Shown here: positions 47,654-57,904 of the stretch, piece by piece
Position numbering within the stretch: the stretch's first letter is position 1
Layout of the letters: each line of letters starts with the position of its first letter
Assembly: GCA_045544615.1 (NCBI GenBank)
Contig: JAZPZI010000039.1
Span: 29,046-93,045 of the forward strand
DNA from: Clostridia bacterium
GTDB taxonomy: Bacteria > Bacillota > Clostridia > UBA1381
DNA length: 64,000 nucleotides
Reading direction: 5' to 3'
Translations under genes and position numbers: made by a program
Notes under the pieces: generated by a model
What the model was told of the DNA's origin: nothing
Database searches by the model: none
What the model saw: only the letters and a program-made list of their open reading frames with translations

Positions 47654-48322
47654 ATGATTACAATAGCAGTAGACGGCCCTGCAGGTGCAGGAAAGAGTTC
47701 GGTTTCAAAAGCAGTTGCAAAGGCACTCGGAATAGTCTATATTGATACCGGTGCGATGTACAGAGCATCGGCGCTCTATGCCATCAAAAACGGTATAGAA
47801 ATCACACCCGAGAATATGGACAAGTGTCTTGATAAAATCGACATCGACATCGCATACGACGAGCGTGGACAGAGAATCTTCCTAAACGGCGAGGATGTAA
47901 GCGAGAGAATAAGAGAAAAGGATGTAAGTCTTGGAGCATCGGATATTGCGGTAATTCCTGCAGTAAGACTCAAGCTTGTTGACCTGCAAAGAGCACTCTC
48001 GAAAAAGCAGTCGGTCATCATGGACGGCAGAGATATAGGAACATATGTGCTTCCTGATGCAGATGTCAAGATTTTCCTGACAGCTACAAGTCTTGAGCGA
48101 GCAAGAAGACGTTGTCTTGAGATGTCTGAAAAGGGCATAGACTGTGACCTGATGGAAGTTCAGCGTGATATTGAATACCGTGACAAGCAGGACTCGAGCC
48201 GTGAATTTGCACCGCTCAAGCAGGCAGACGACGCTGTGTTAATAGACTCGAGCAATATGAGCTTTGACGAGGTTGTTACAAAGGTTACCGAAATTATAAA
48301 AAATAGTGGTGCGGAGGTATAA
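47654..48322 (+). CDS. cmk: Cytidylate kinase
   Basis: IAVDGPAGAGKSS P-loop and DTGAMYR motif. Confidence 0.93.
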   Translation: MITIAVDGPAGAGKSSVSKAVAKALGIVYIDTGAMYRASALYAIKNGIEITPENMDKCLDKIDIDIAYDERGQRIFLNGEDVSERIREKDVSLGASDIAVIPAVRLKLVDLQRALSKKQSVIMDGRDIGTYVLPDADVKIFLTATSLERARRRCLEMSEKGIDCDLMEVQRDIEYRDKQDSSREFAPLKQADDAVLIDSSNMSFDEVVTKVTEIIKNSGAEV

Positions 48323-48326
48323 AAGG

Positions 48327-48899
48327 GTGTTTTATACAGTAATAAACAAAATCATCAGATTTTTATTCTTCTTTATATTCAGAATCAAGGTTGAGGGCAG
48401 AGAAAACATCCCCAAAGAGGGCGGTGCGATTGTTGCAATCAACCACAGAAGCAACTGGGATGTGCCTGTTGCAGGAACAGTATGCCCGAGAAAGCTTAGT
48501 TTTATGGCAAAAGCCGAGATGTTCAAATCCAAAATCGGAAACTGGCTTTTTTCAAACCTCGGTGCATTCCCGGTACAGCGTGGAAAGGGCGACATCGGAG
48601 CTATAAAGGCGGCACTCGGCAGACTCAAAGCCGGTGAGATAATTGCGATGTTCCCCGAAGGCAGACGAGTAAAAGAGGGAACAACCGTTGAACCAAAGCC
48701 GGGCGTTGTGATGCTTGCGACAAGAGCAAACGTGCCTGTTATCCCGACAAGAATTGTCGGCAAATACAAGTGGTTCGGGAAAATTACCGTTAAGTACGGA
48801 AAGCCTATTACATACGAGGATTTTCAGGGCGAAAAGCTTGCTGTTGAGGACTTAAACGACCTAAGCAAGGGACTTATGAGTGTGATTTATTCACTCTGA
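48327..48899 (+). CDS. plsC: 1-acyl-sn-glycerol-3-phosphate acyltransferase
   Basis: NHRSNWD (HX4D) and FPEGRR motifs. GTG at 48327 lies 9 nt after ggagg. Confidence 0.85.
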   Translation: MFYTVINKIIRFLFFFIFRIKVEGRENIPKEGGAIVAINHRSNWDVPVAGTVCPRKLSFMAKAEMFKSKIGNWLFSNLGAFPVQRGKGDIGAIKAALGRLKAGEIIAMFPEGRRVKEGTTVEPKPGVVMLATRANVPVIPTRIVGKYKWFGKITVKYGKPITYEDFQGEKLAVEDLNDLSKGLMSVIYSL

Positions 48900-48933
48900 T
48901 TTTTAAAAAATCAAGAGAGAGGACATATAGATT

Positions 48934-50955
48934 ATGTGCATAAAGATTGCAAAAACAGCCGGGTTTTGCTACGGAGTAAAGCGTGCGGTTGACGAGGCAT
49001 ACAAGCTCTCGGATGGCGACAGGAAATATGCAACGCTCGGTGAGCTGATACATAACAGCTTTGTGGTTTCCGACCTTGAGAAAAAGGGAATTAAGGCATA
49101 CGAGAGCGTTTCGGACATCCCAAAGGACACAACCGTTATTTTAAGAACACACGGCGTATCCAAAACTGTGATTGACGAGATCGAAAAGCGTGGCCTGGAA
49201 TACATTGACCTCACCTGTCCGTTTGTGGCAAAAATCCATAAAATAGTCAGAGAGCACTTCGAGAAAGGATATAAAATAGTAATCATCGGCGATGCTCAGC
49301 ACCCCGAAGTCAGGGGTATAAATGGCTGGTGTAACAACGAGGCGTTTATAACATATGATGTCGGGCAGGATTTTTCGGATTTTTCGGGTGAAGAAAAGGT
49401 ATGTATTGTAGCACAAACCACAATAAATCGAAAAATTTTTGGTGAAATAGTACAAAATATTAAAAACACTTGCCAAGACGCCATAGTTTTTGATACAATA
49501 TGTAGTGCGACCAGAGACAGGCAGAGCGAAGCCGAGAGTCTCTCATCAGAGTCGGACGTTATGTTTGTAGTTGGCGGAAAGCATAGCTCGAACACGAAAA
49601 AGCTGTTTGAGATATGCACGGGGAATTGCCCCGAAACTTATCTTATCGAAACTTATGAGGATATTCCTCATGGTTTATATAAAAATAAAAGGATAGGTAT
49701 TACAGCCGGAGCCTCAACACCCGGGTGTATTATCGAGGAGGTTTTTACAACGATGGATGAAAAGATGAAAACAGAAGAAAATTTTGCCGAGTTATTTGCT
49801 CAGTATGAAAACAAGAGCTTAAATAACGGCGACATCATTGAGGGCACAGTTGTTGAAGTGCGTGGTAACGAAGTTATTGTTGAGTTGGATGGCTTCAAGT
49901 ACAACGGACAGTTAGCAGCTGACCAGCTTACAGATGATCCGTATCTCAAGCCGGAGGATATTGTTAAGGAAGGGGAAAAGATCACTGTTTATGTAGTTGG
50001 CGTAAATGATGCTGAAGGCAAGGTTGTTCTTTCAAGAAAGAAGCTTGTTGCTATGGAAAGCTGGAACAGAATGAAGGAAGCTTTCGAAGCCGGCACAGTT
50101 CTCGATGCAAAGATTATCAAAACTGTAAGGGGCGGCGTTATTGCACTGGCTGATTCATACCAGATTTTCGTCCCTGCACGTCAGGCATCATTGAGATTCG
50201 TACAGGATCTTGAAAGCCTTTTGAACCAGGAGGTTCGCTTGAAGATTACAGAAATCGACGACAGAAGAAAGCGTGCAGTTGGTTCTGTAAGAGTAGTTCT
50301 CGAAGCAGAAAGAAAAGTTGTTGAAGATGCGTTCTGGTCAGCTGTTGAAGTTGGCAAGGAATATACAGGTACAGTTAAGTCACTCACAGCTTTCGGTGCA
50401 TTCGTTGACATCGGCGGAGTTGACGGCTTGATCCACATTTCAGAGCTTAGCTGGAACAAGATTAAGCACCCATCAGAAATCGTAAAGGAAGGCGACGTTG
50501 TTACTGTTTACATTAAGGACGTTAACGCTGAGACAAAGAAGATTTCTTTGGGATACAAGAAGTCAGAAGATAATCCTTGGGTTATCGCTGAAAACAACAT
50601 TCATGTTGGCGATGTAGTTACATGTAAGATTGTTCGCATGATGCCATTTGGTGCATTTGCAGAAATCATGCCTAACATCGACGGTCTTATCCACATTTCA
50701 CAGATTGCTGATAAGAGAATCGGCAAGCCTGAAGATGTTTTGGAAATCGGCCAGGAAGTACAGGCAAAGGTTACAGAAGCTAACTGGGAAACAAAGAAGA
50801 TCAGCTTGAGCATCAGAGCTTTGATTGCTCCGGCTGTAGAAGAAGCACCGGCAGAAGAGGCTCCTGTTGAGGAAGCACCTGCATTTGAAGAAGATGCACC
50901 GGTTGATATCGAAAAGTTTATCGCAGAAGAAGCTGCTGCAGAAACTGAAGAATAA
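48934..50955 (+). CDS. ispH: Bifunctional 4-hydroxy-3-methylbut-2-enyl diphosphate reductase / ribosomal protein S1-like fusion
   Basis: N-terminal LytB/IspH domain (FCYGVKRAV, conserved Cys) fused to four S1 RNA-binding repeats. The cmk-plsC-ispH/rpsA order is common in Clostridia. Confidence 0.92.
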   Translation: MCIKIAKTAGFCYGVKRAVDEAYKLSDGDRKYATLGELIHNSFVVSDLEKKGIKAYESVSDIPKDTTVILRTHGVSKTVIDEIEKRGLEYIDLTCPFVAKIHKIVREHFEKGYKIVIIGDAQHPEVRGINGWCNNEAFITYDVGQDFSDFSGEEKVCIVAQTTINRKIFGEIVQNIKNTCQDAIVFDTICSATRDRQSEAESLSSESDVMFVVGGKHSSNTKKLFEICTGNCPETYLIETYEDIPHGLYKNKRIGITAGASTPGCIIEEVFTTMDEKMKTEENFAELFAQYENKSLNNGDIIEGTVVEVRGNEVIVELDGFKYNGQLAADQLTDDPYLKPEDIVKEGEKITVYVVGVNDAEGKVVLSRKKLVAMESWNRMKEAFEAGTVLDAKIIKTVRGGVIALADSYQIFVPARQASLRFVQDLESLLNQEVRLKITEIDDRRKRAVGSVRVVLEAERKVVEDAFWSAVEVGKEYTGTVKSLTAFGAFVDIGGVDGLIHISELSWNKIKHPSEIVKEGDVVTVYIKDVNAETKKISLGYKKSEDNPWVIAENNIHVGDVVTCKIVRMMPFGAFAEIMPNIDGLIHISQIADKRIGKPEDVLEIGQEVQAKVTEANWETKKISLSIRALIAPAVEEAPAEEAPVEEAPAFEEDAPVDIEKFIAEEAAAETEE

Positions 50956-50966
50956 TTAAAATAAAA

Positions 50967-50998
50967 ACGCTCAAAGCATACGCTTTGGGCGTTTTTTG
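50967..50998 (+). terminator. Terminator after ispH/rpsA
   Basis: ACGCTCAAAGC-atac-GCTTTGGGCGT (one U-G pair) followed by TTTTTT. Confidence 0.7.
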
Positions 50999-51027
50999 TT
51001 GCCAAAATATTGAAATGGTGGTATAAT
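50999..51027 (+). promoter_or_regulatory. Sigma-A type promoter
   Basis: TTGCCA (50999-51004), 17 nt spacer, TGgTATAAT (TATAAT at 51022-51027). Confidence 0.5.
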
Positions 51028-51116
51028 AAGTTTGCAAGGCAAACTCAATGAATTGCAGCGAAAGGGGTCGCTGATTCTATAAAGAATGTCGAATGTTGGC
51101 GAAAGGAAGTGCGAGC

Positions 51117-51470
51117 ATGAAGAAACTTAAAATAGCTGTTTTGATCATAATATCGGCATTTGTACTATTTTGGATTTGTTCAATTGCTATGTGCGAATAT
51201 AATACATATAAATATGGTGAAATTTTTAGAAACACGAAAATACACGATATTGGCGGTGAAGGATATTTAGATGATTGCAATATAAAAGTTTTAAAGTATA
51301 ACAATGATTATGCTAAAGTATATGCGGTTTTTAAAAATGACTTGAATGAAGTTGGTTTACTTTATTACTTTACCAAAAATGATGATGGCAATTGGATTTT
51401 TGATTATTATGATGCTGTTTATTCAAAGACAGGGAATGCAGATGGGTTTATTTGGCCGTATATAAGATAA
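51117..51470 (+). CDS. Hypothetical membrane-anchored protein
   Basis: ATG at 51117 follows aaggaag. One N-terminal TM segment, with no recognisable domain. Confidence 0.5.
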   Translation: MKKLKIAVLIIISAFVLFWICSIAMCEYNTYKYGEIFRNTKIHDIGGEGYLDDCNIKVLKYNNDYAKVYAVFKNDLNEVGLLYYFTKNDDGNWIFDYYDAVYSKTGNADGFIWPYIR

Positions 51471-51509
51471 ACGTAAGCAAATGTATACTACCGATTTGTC
51501 AAAAAACAA

Positions 51510-51557
51510 CAATCCCTCAGTCAGCTACGCTGACAGCTCCCTTTACACAAGGGAGCC
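51510..51557 (+). repeat. E-family ~50 bp double-hairpin repeat (copy b)
   Basis: caatccctca GTCAGC-tac-GCTGAC a GCTCCCTT-tacaca-AGGGAGC. Matches the reverse complement of 809-858. Confidence 0.6.
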
Positions 51558-51623
51558 TTTGGATAGCAAAATTTCTTTGGTTTTAATTTGACACAATTAT
51601 TGTAAATGAAGGAGAGAAACGAA

Positions 51624-51785
51624 ATGGGAAAAGCGATATTGGCGTTGATTGTTACGTTGATTTTTGGGCTGTTGGGTACGGCTTTTGGATATGATTCGAT
51701 GAATGGATTTTCTGAAGTAGGAGCAGTTGTCGCTGTGGCTGTAATGGGAGCCTTTATCATTTATTTTAATGAGAAAAACAAATAA
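51624..51785 (+). CDS. Unannotated 53-aa two-TM small membrane protein (below the ORF-track length cutoff)
   Basis: ATG at 51624 lies 6 nt after aaggagag. Translation: MGKAILALIVTLIFGLLGTAFGYDSMNGFSEVGAVVAVAVMGAFIIYFNEKNK, then stop. The antisense 79-aa track ORF looks spurious. Confidence 0.45.
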   Translation: MGKAILALIVTLIFGLLGTAFGYDSMNGFSEVGAVVAVAVMGAFIIYFNEKNK

Positions 51786-51838
51786 ATTGTTGTATTGGTT
51801 TGATTAAAGAAAGTTGCGGGAAATAAAGAGGTGAGAAG

Positions 51839-52339
51839 ATGTTCAGCATAGATGTATCAAATTTGCATTGGCTTGGCGGAGAAAATGATACCGCTGACCT
51901 ATGTGCACATGGAGATATGGTTGCAACAATAGGCGATGAAAAGCTTGCATTTAGCGGAACTGCAAGTTCTACTGCAATTTATCTTTTAAAGACACTTACA
52001 GAAGACCATTTAATCGGAGAAGGAAACCAGATGATGCCCTGTTGCGGGAATTTTTTGATGGCTAACGAAAAAATGGATAATGTTCAAATAATGGGATGTC
52101 CAAATGGGGTGGACTGGGAAGTCACACATATTGGCGACAAAATCAACATCCGGACAGAAGCAGGTAACGAAGTGCAGGTTGGTTTTGAGGATTATAAAAG
52201 AGCAGTTTTTTACTTTGCTGATAAGGTTGAGGAGTTCTATAAAAGCGCTCCTGCGAAAAAACTTCCGATAGACGAGCATGACAAAAACGGTTACATTGCG
52301 TTCTGGAACGAGTGGAACCGCAGGAGATACGGAAAGTGA
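51839..52339 (+). CDS. Hypothetical cytoplasmic protein (166 aa)
   Basis: RBS aagaggtgag. No motif I can assign. Confidence 0.55.
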   Translation: MFSIDVSNLHWLGGENDTADLCAHGDMVATIGDEKLAFSGTASSTAIYLLKTLTEDHLIGEGNQMMPCCGNFLMANEKMDNVQIMGCPNGVDWEVTHIGDKINIRTEAGNEVQVGFEDYKRAVFYFADKVEEFYKSAPAKKLPIDEHDKNGYIAFWNEWNRRRYGK

Positions 52340-52379
52340 AAGAAAAACAAGAATCACGCACAGAACACGAGGTGATATT

Positions 52380-53120
52380 ATGTCTTTGCTACTAAAAATT
52401 ATCGGCGGGATATTGACAGTAAACGGAGTTTTCCTCTGCCTTGTTTCCAATTTTAATATTGGTGTTATACTCACCTTGCTACTGGGATTAGTACTTCTTT
52501 TTTGGGGAGTGTACTATAAAAAGGTGAGAGAGTTTACAAAACATGGAGTTTTGAGAATTATAAAAATTATAGCATTTGCTTTAATTATAGCGGAGATATT
52601 TTTGGTGGGATTTATTGCTATATACGGTCAAAGCGATAATGTGCAATACAGAGAGGATGCAGTGATTGTGTTGGGTGCAGGTGTCCGTGGCGACAGGGTG
52701 ACTCTGCCTTTGAGGCTTCGCCTTGATAAAGCGGTCGAATACCACAGTAAAAACCCTGATGCGTTAATAGTTGTAACGGGCGGCAGAGGTTTTCAGGAAA
52801 CCGCAACAGAGGCGAGTGTAATGGAAAAATACCTGCTTGGAAAGGGCGTTCCACAGGATAGAATCATAAAGGAAGAAAAGGCAACCTCGACAAATGAAAA
52901 TATGAGATTTTCTAAAGAAATCCTCGACGGAGTTTTCGAAAAGGACTATAGCGTTGTTGTAATTACAAACAATTTCCACATATATCGTGGTGTGCAGATA
53001 GCTCGGATAGAAGGTTTTGAAGGTGTTTATCATATGCACGCAGGGCTACAGTGGTATAATATGGTTTCGTGTTATTTGAGGGAAAGTCTTGCGGTAATTA
53101 AAATGTGGCTTTTCGGATAA
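52380..53120 (+). CDS. YdcF/SanA/ElyC (DUF218) family protein
   Basis: Two N-terminal TM segments, then [52 protein letters not shown] at 52380 follows gaggtg. Confidence 0.85.
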   Translation: MSLLLKIIGGILTVNGVFLCLVSNFNIGVILTLLLGLVLLFWGVYYKKVREFTKHGVLRIIKIIAFALIIAEIFLVGFIAIYGQSDNVQYREDAVIVLGAGVRGDRVTLPLRLRLDKAVEYHSKNPDALIVVTGGRGFQETATEASVMEKYLLGKGVPQDRIIKEEKATSTNENMRFSKEILDGVFEKDYSVVVITNNFHIYRGVQIARIEGFEGVYHMHAGLQWYNMVSCYLRESLAVIKMWLFG

Positions 53121-53178
53121 CTCAAAGTTTAAAACCGACCGATTACGGGTAAATATAATCTTAAATGGAAGTGATACT

Positions 53179-53847
53179 ATGGTAAATATAGGTAATGACT
53201 GGGATGCACTTTTGGCAGACGAGTTTAAAAAGGAATACTACCTAAAACTCCGTGAGTTTTTAAAGTATGAGTATTCGCACTATAAAATCCACCCGAATAT
53301 GTATGATATATTCAATGCCCTGAAGTGGACATCATTCGCCGACACCAAGGTGGTAATACTCGGTCAGGACCCGTACCACGGCGAGAATCAGGCACACGGA
53401 CTTGCGTTTTCGGTTAAAAAGGAAGTGGACATTCCGCCGTCTTTACAGAATATTTATAAGGAATTGCAGCGGGAGCTTGGGCTTTCTATCCCAAACCACG
53501 GCTGTCTTGAGAAGTGGGCAAAGCAGGGTGTACTTTTACTCAACGCCTCACTCACAGTCCGTGACGGACTTGCAAACTCACACCGCAACAAGGGTTGGGA
53601 AATTTTAACGGCAAGAATAACCGAGCTTTTGAACGCAAGAGTCGAGCCTGTAATCTTTATGCTCTGGGGCAACAATGCAAAGGAAAAGATACCGGTTATC
53701 ACGAACCCGAACCATGTAATTCTGACCGCTGCTCACCCGAGCCCGCTTTCGGCATCCCGTGGCTTTTTCGGATGCGGGCATTTTAAAAAGGCGAATGAAT
53801 TGCTTGAAAGTTGGAATAAAAAGCCTATCGACTGGCAGATAGAATAA
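53179..53847 (+). CDS. ung: Uracil-DNA glycosylase (family 1)
   Basis: GQDPYHG, LLLN and HPSPLSA motifs. Confidence 0.93.
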   Translation: MVNIGNDWDALLADEFKKEYYLKLREFLKYEYSHYKIHPNMYDIFNALKWTSFADTKVVILGQDPYHGENQAHGLAFSVKKEVDIPPSLQNIYKELQRELGLSIPNHGCLEKWAKQGVLLLNASLTVRDGLANSHRNKGWEILTARITELLNARVEPVIFMLWGNNAKEKIPVITNPNHVILTAAHPSPLSASRGFFGCGHFKKANELLESWNKKPIDWQIE

Positions 53848-53849
53848 AC

Positions 53850-53995
53850 TTCGGCTGAATTTCCGCATCTCAACCTTTTTTGAGAGGGGCAGTACCTTCG
53901 TACGGCACCGCTCTCTTCAAAAGGCTAATCTGCAAAAATTCATCACGAAGTTGGCTGAATTTTGAATTTCACCCTTTTTGAGAGGGGCAGTACAA
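53850..53995 (+). repeat. D-family intergenic repeat block (two units with about 100 nt period)
   Basis: ggctgaatt..ccttttt(tt)gagaggggcagtac occurs at 53853-53895 and 53953-53993. The GTAC hairpin is at 53889-53906. Confidence 0.6.
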
Positions 53996-54021
53996 AAAAT
54001 ATTGAAAGGTAAATCCATCAA

Positions 54022-56682
54022 ATGAAAAAACTCTTGATTATAGATTCAAACAGTATAATAAACCGTGCCTTCTATGGCGTGAGATATCTCTCGGCAAAGG
54101 ACGGTACGCCGACCAACGCCATTTTCGGGTTTTTAAAGACACTTTTTAAGCTGATTGACGAAACCGAGCCCGACTATATTGCGGCGGCGTTTGACTTGAA
54201 GGCTCCGACATTCAGGCACAAGATGTATTCGGAATACAAGGCACAAAGAAAGCCTATGCCTGAGGACTTGGCAAAGCAGATGCCGATTGCAAAGGAAATT
54301 CTTACCAAAATGGGCGTGAAAATCCTCGAGCTCGAAGGCTACGAGGCTGACGATATAATCGGAACAATCTCGAGATTATCCGAGGAAGAAGGAGTCGAGT
54401 GTCTTATCGCAACGGGTGACAAGGACGACTTGCAGCTTGCATCGGATAAAACCCGGGTAATTCTTACCGTGACAAAAAGCGGTGTGAACGAGACGATTTA
54501 CTATAGCGACAAGGAAGTTTTTGAAAAGTACGGTGTAACGCCGTCGGAATTTATAGATGTAAAAGCCCTGATGGGTGATACATCCGACAATATCCCGGGT
54601 GTTGCGGGTATAGGCGAGAAGACGGCAATGTCGCTTATTCAAATGCACAAGAGCATCGAAAACATCTATGCCGACCTGGACAATGCAGGCATAAAGGGTG
54701 CAATGCTCGAAAAACTAAGATGCGGTGAGGATATGGCACGACTTAGCAAAACCCTCGCCACTATCGACAGATTTGTGCCGATTGATTTTGAGTTTGAGGT
54801 CTGCGGATTTGGCGGAAAGGTTGAGGACCTCGGAAATGGCGAGGTTTTGGATGCTTTGCACAAGCTGAATCTTGAGAGTATAATAAAAAGGCTCGATATT
54901 AAGGCGGAGGAGAGTGGCTCCATTACATCTGCGAGCGAGATTTTCGCTGACAGAAAAAAGATAAAAACAGAGACAGTGTACGACTGCAAAGAGTTAGCCG
55001 AGAAGATAAAATCGGCGGGTGAGTGTGCCTGTCTTATAAAGCTCAATCAGTCGGGCGTCAGCGCTATGGCATTTGAGGTATCGGGCGATGCGTACTATGT
55101 AGATTCAGGATATCTTCCCGATGCACCCGAGCTTTTGGCAGAAGTTTTAGAGGACGAGAAAATAAAAAAATACACCTTTGACATAAAGGATGCAATGGTT
55201 GCACTCTCAAGAAGTGTAAAGATAAACGGAATTGCCTATGACTGTGCGGTTTCTGCATATCTTTTGAACCCTGCAAAATCGCAGTACACCATCGACGGTG
55301 TGGCAGAGGAATTTCTGGGTATGACGATAGATGCCAAAGAGGGAAGTGCACAAATGTCGCTCTTTGAGGACGATAGCCTGTTTGAGCTTCTCACACTCTC
55401 GGTACTCGCTGTCAGACCGATAATGGAGAAAACCGCAAAGCTTCTGGCAGATAACGGTCAGGAGTCGCTATACTATGATGTTGAGTTGCCGCTTGTTTCG
55501 GTGCTTGCCGATATGCAGACCGACGGAATCAGGATTGACCGTGAGCAGTTAAAGGAATTTTCGGACATTCTGGAGAAAAAGCTGTCGATTTTAGTTTCTG
55601 CAATCCATGACGAGGCGGGCGAGGAGTTTAATATAAACTCACCCAAACAGCTTGGTGTAATCCTGTTTGAAAAGCTCGGCTTGAAGTCGGGGAAAAAGAC
55701 AAAAACAGGCTATTCCACCAATATAGATGTGCTCGAAAAACTGCGGGACAAGCACCCGATAATCGAGCATCTGATAGAGTACAGGCAACTCGCAAAGCTA
55801 AAGAGCACATACTGCGACGGGCTTTTTGCTGTTATAAATGAAAAGACGGGAAGAATCCATTCGCAGTTTAAGCAGTTGGTTACCGTTACAGGCAGAATAA
55901 GCTCAACCGAGCCGAATATGCAAAATATTCCGACAAGAACAGAGCTTGGTCGTGAACTTCGAAAGATGTTTGTCGCAGACGGCGAGGATATGGTGCTTGT
56001 GGATGCCGACTATTCGCAGATTGAGTTGAGGGTTCTGGCACATATTGCAGACGATGCGACAATGATTTCGGCGTTCAAAAACGGCGAGGATATTCACGCA
56101 GTTACGGCATCACAGGTGCTCGGCATTCCGTTAGAGAGTGTGACAAGTGAGCAAAGAAGCAGTGCTAAGGCGGTAAACTTCGGCATAGTTTACGGTATAG
56201 GCGAATATAGCCTTTCGCAGGATTTGAAGATTTCGGTACGTGAGGCAAAGGCGTATATCGAAAGCTATCTTGAAAAATACAGCGGTGTGAGAGAATATAT
56301 GGAGCGGATTAAGGAGCAGGCAAAGACCGACGGGTATGTAAAGACCATGATGAACAGAATCAGGTATATTCCCGAGCTCAAGTCCACCAACTTCGTTCAG
56401 CGTTCATTTGGTGAGCGAGTGGCACTCAACACTCCGATTCAGGGAACTGCTGCAGATATTATAAAGCTTGCAATGGTAAGGGTGCACAGACGCCTTGAGA
56501 AGGAAAAACTGCAGGCGCGCCTGATTTTACAGGTGCATGACGAGTTGATAGTAGAGGCGCCGAAATCGGAGGAAGAAATAGTAAGAAAGCTTTTGAAAGA
56601 GGAAATGGAAGCCTCGGCGAGCCTGTCGGTTCCGCTGGTTGCTGACACGAGCTCGGGCAGAAGCTGGTATGATGCAAAATAA
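54022..56682 (+). CDS. polA: DNA polymerase I
   Basis: 886 aa. 5'-3' exonuclease N-terminus, polymerase motifs DYSQIELRVLAH and QVHDELIVE. Confidence 0.97.
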   Translation: MKKLLIIDSNSIINRAFYGVRYLSAKDGTPTNAIFGFLKTLFKLIDETEPDYIAAAFDLKAPTFRHKMYSEYKAQRKPMPEDLAKQMPIAKEILTKMGVKILELEGYEADDIIGTISRLSEEEGVECLIATGDKDDLQLASDKTRVILTVTKSGVNETIYYSDKEVFEKYGVTPSEFIDVKALMGDTSDNIPGVAGIGEKTAMSLIQMHKSIENIYADLDNAGIKGAMLEKLRCGEDMARLSKTLATIDRFVPIDFEFEVCGFGGKVEDLGNGEVLDALHKLNLESIIKRLDIKAEESGSITSASEIFADRKKIKTETVYDCKELAEKIKSAGECACLIKLNQSGVSAMAFEVSGDAYYVDSGYLPDAPELLAEVLEDEKIKKYTFDIKDAMVALSRSVKINGIAYDCAVSAYLLNPAKSQYTIDGVAEEFLGMTIDAKEGSAQMSLFEDDSLFELLTLSVLAVRPIMEKTAKLLADNGQESLYYDVELPLVSVLADMQTDGIRIDREQLKEFSDILEKKLSILVSAIHDEAGEEFNINSPKQLGVILFEKLGLKSGKKTKTGYSTNIDVLEKLRDKHPIIEHLIEYRQLAKLKSTYCDGLFAVINEKTGRIHSQFKQLVTVTGRISSTEPNMQNIPTRTELGRELRKMFVADGEDMVLVDADYSQIELRVLAHIADDATMISAFKNGEDIHAVTASQVLGIPLESVTSEQRSSAKAVNFGIVYGIGEYSLSQDLKISVREAKAYIESYLEKYSGVREYMERIKEQAKTDGYVKTMMNRIRYIPELKSTNFVQRSFGERVALNTPIQGTAADIIKLAMVRVHRRLEKEKLQARLILQVHDELIVEAPKSEEEIVRKLLKEEMEASASLSVPLVADTSSGRSWYDAK

Positions 56683-56697
56683 AAAGGGGGCGGGGAA

Positions 56698-57285
56698 ATG
56701 ATAGTTCTTGGTATAACCGGACCGACAGGTGCGGGAAAAACCACAGTATCGCTCCTTCTGGAGGGTCAGGGTATTAAGGTTATAGATACCGATATCCTCG
56801 CCAGAAAGATTGTTGAGCCGGGAAAGCCTGCACTTTCGGAAATCCGTGAGCATTTTGGTGAGTCGGTGATTGATGCGGATGGAAAACTCAAGAGAGCAGA
56901 CCTTGCAAAAATTGTATTTTCCGACCCTGACGAGCTTTTGGTCTTAAACAAAATCACGCATAAGTATATCGCCCGTGAGGTTGAGGAAGAGATTAAAAGC
57001 TATTCGGGCGATATCATCGGAATCGACGGGGCGGCATTGATTGAGAGTGGTATTGCAAAGCGTTGCGACAAGGTGATGTGCGTTGTTGCCGACGATGAGG
57101 TCAGAAAAAAACGGATAATGGAGCGTGACCGGCTCACGCCCGATCAGGCCGAGGCGAGAATGGCGGCACAAAAAAATAATGCCTTTTATATTGAAAATTC
57201 CGACTTTGTAGTGTATAATAATGATAGAGAAAGCTTGATTTCAGAGCTTTCAGACATAATAAAAAGTTTGAGGAGTATGATTTGA
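56698..57285 (+). CDS. coaE: Dephospho-CoA kinase
   Basis: GITGPTGAGKTT P-loop, in the conserved position after polA. Confidence 0.9.
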   Translation: MIVLGITGPTGAGKTTVSLLLEGQGIKVIDTDILARKIVEPGKPALSEIREHFGESVIDADGKLKRADLAKIVFSDPDELLVLNKITHKYIAREVEEEIKSYSGDIIGIDGAALIESGIAKRCDKVMCVVADDEVRKKRIMERDRLTPDQAEARMAAQKNNAFYIENSDFVVYNNDRESLISELSDIIKSLRSMI

Positions 57286-57851
57286 AAAAGGTAGTTAATG
57301 TTTTTTATGTTATAATTGCTGCGTTCGTTTTAGTGACGGCAATAACAACAGGATACAAAGTTATCATGCACATAATCTACCCTGTCAGGTACTTTGAGCA
57401 TATCCACAAGTATGCGATAGATAACAGGCTTGACGAGTACCTGGTTATGGGTGTGATAAAGGCAGAGAGTAATTTTATATACGATGCCCATTCGGGGGTA
57501 GCGACCGGGCTGATGCAGCTTACAGACGAGACTGCGAGTTGGGTATCGGGGAAAATGGGGATAGAATACGAAAAAAAAGATTTGTTGCTACCGGAGAAAA
57601 ATATAAAGATGGGTTGCTACTATCTTCGGTATCTGATAGACCACTATGGAGGCAACATTGATGTTGCACTTGCCGCATATAATGCGGGTATGGGAAATGT
57701 CACAAAGTGGCTTTCAGATTCCCGGTATTCAAAAGACGGAGAAAGTCTTGATAATATCCCGTTTGAGGAAACGAGGAACTATGTAAAGCGTGTCGGTGAG
57801 TATTATGATACATACAAAAAACTCTATCGGCTGAATGAAAATCTGAAATAA
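57282..57851 (+). CDS. Lytic transglycosylase (SLT domain) membrane-anchored protein
   Basis: KAESNF catalytic Glu region, GLMQL and AAYNAG motifs. Confidence 0.85.
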   Translation: MKKVVNVFYVIIAAFVLVTAITTGYKVIMHIIYPVRYFEHIHKYAIDNRLDEYLVMGVIKAESNFIYDAHSGVATGLMQLTDETASWVSGKMGIEYEKKDLLLPEKNIKMGCYYLRYLIDHYGGNIDVALAAYNAGMGNVTKWLSDSRYSKDGESLDNIPFEETRNYVKRVGEYYDTYKKLYRLNENLK

Positions 57852-57904
57852 ACAGTGCAAAAACCCGATGCACTGTAGAAATACAAGGGTAGAAAGGAAA
57901 GACT

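Noticed and set aside
48332-48769. 145-aa minus-strand ORF, plus 50601-51005 (134 aa, minus)
   Set aside because: They are antisense to plsC and to the S1-domain region of ispH/rpsA respectively; the second also runs on past the ispH/rpsA stop through the downstream terminator. Both are low-complexity shadow ORFs.
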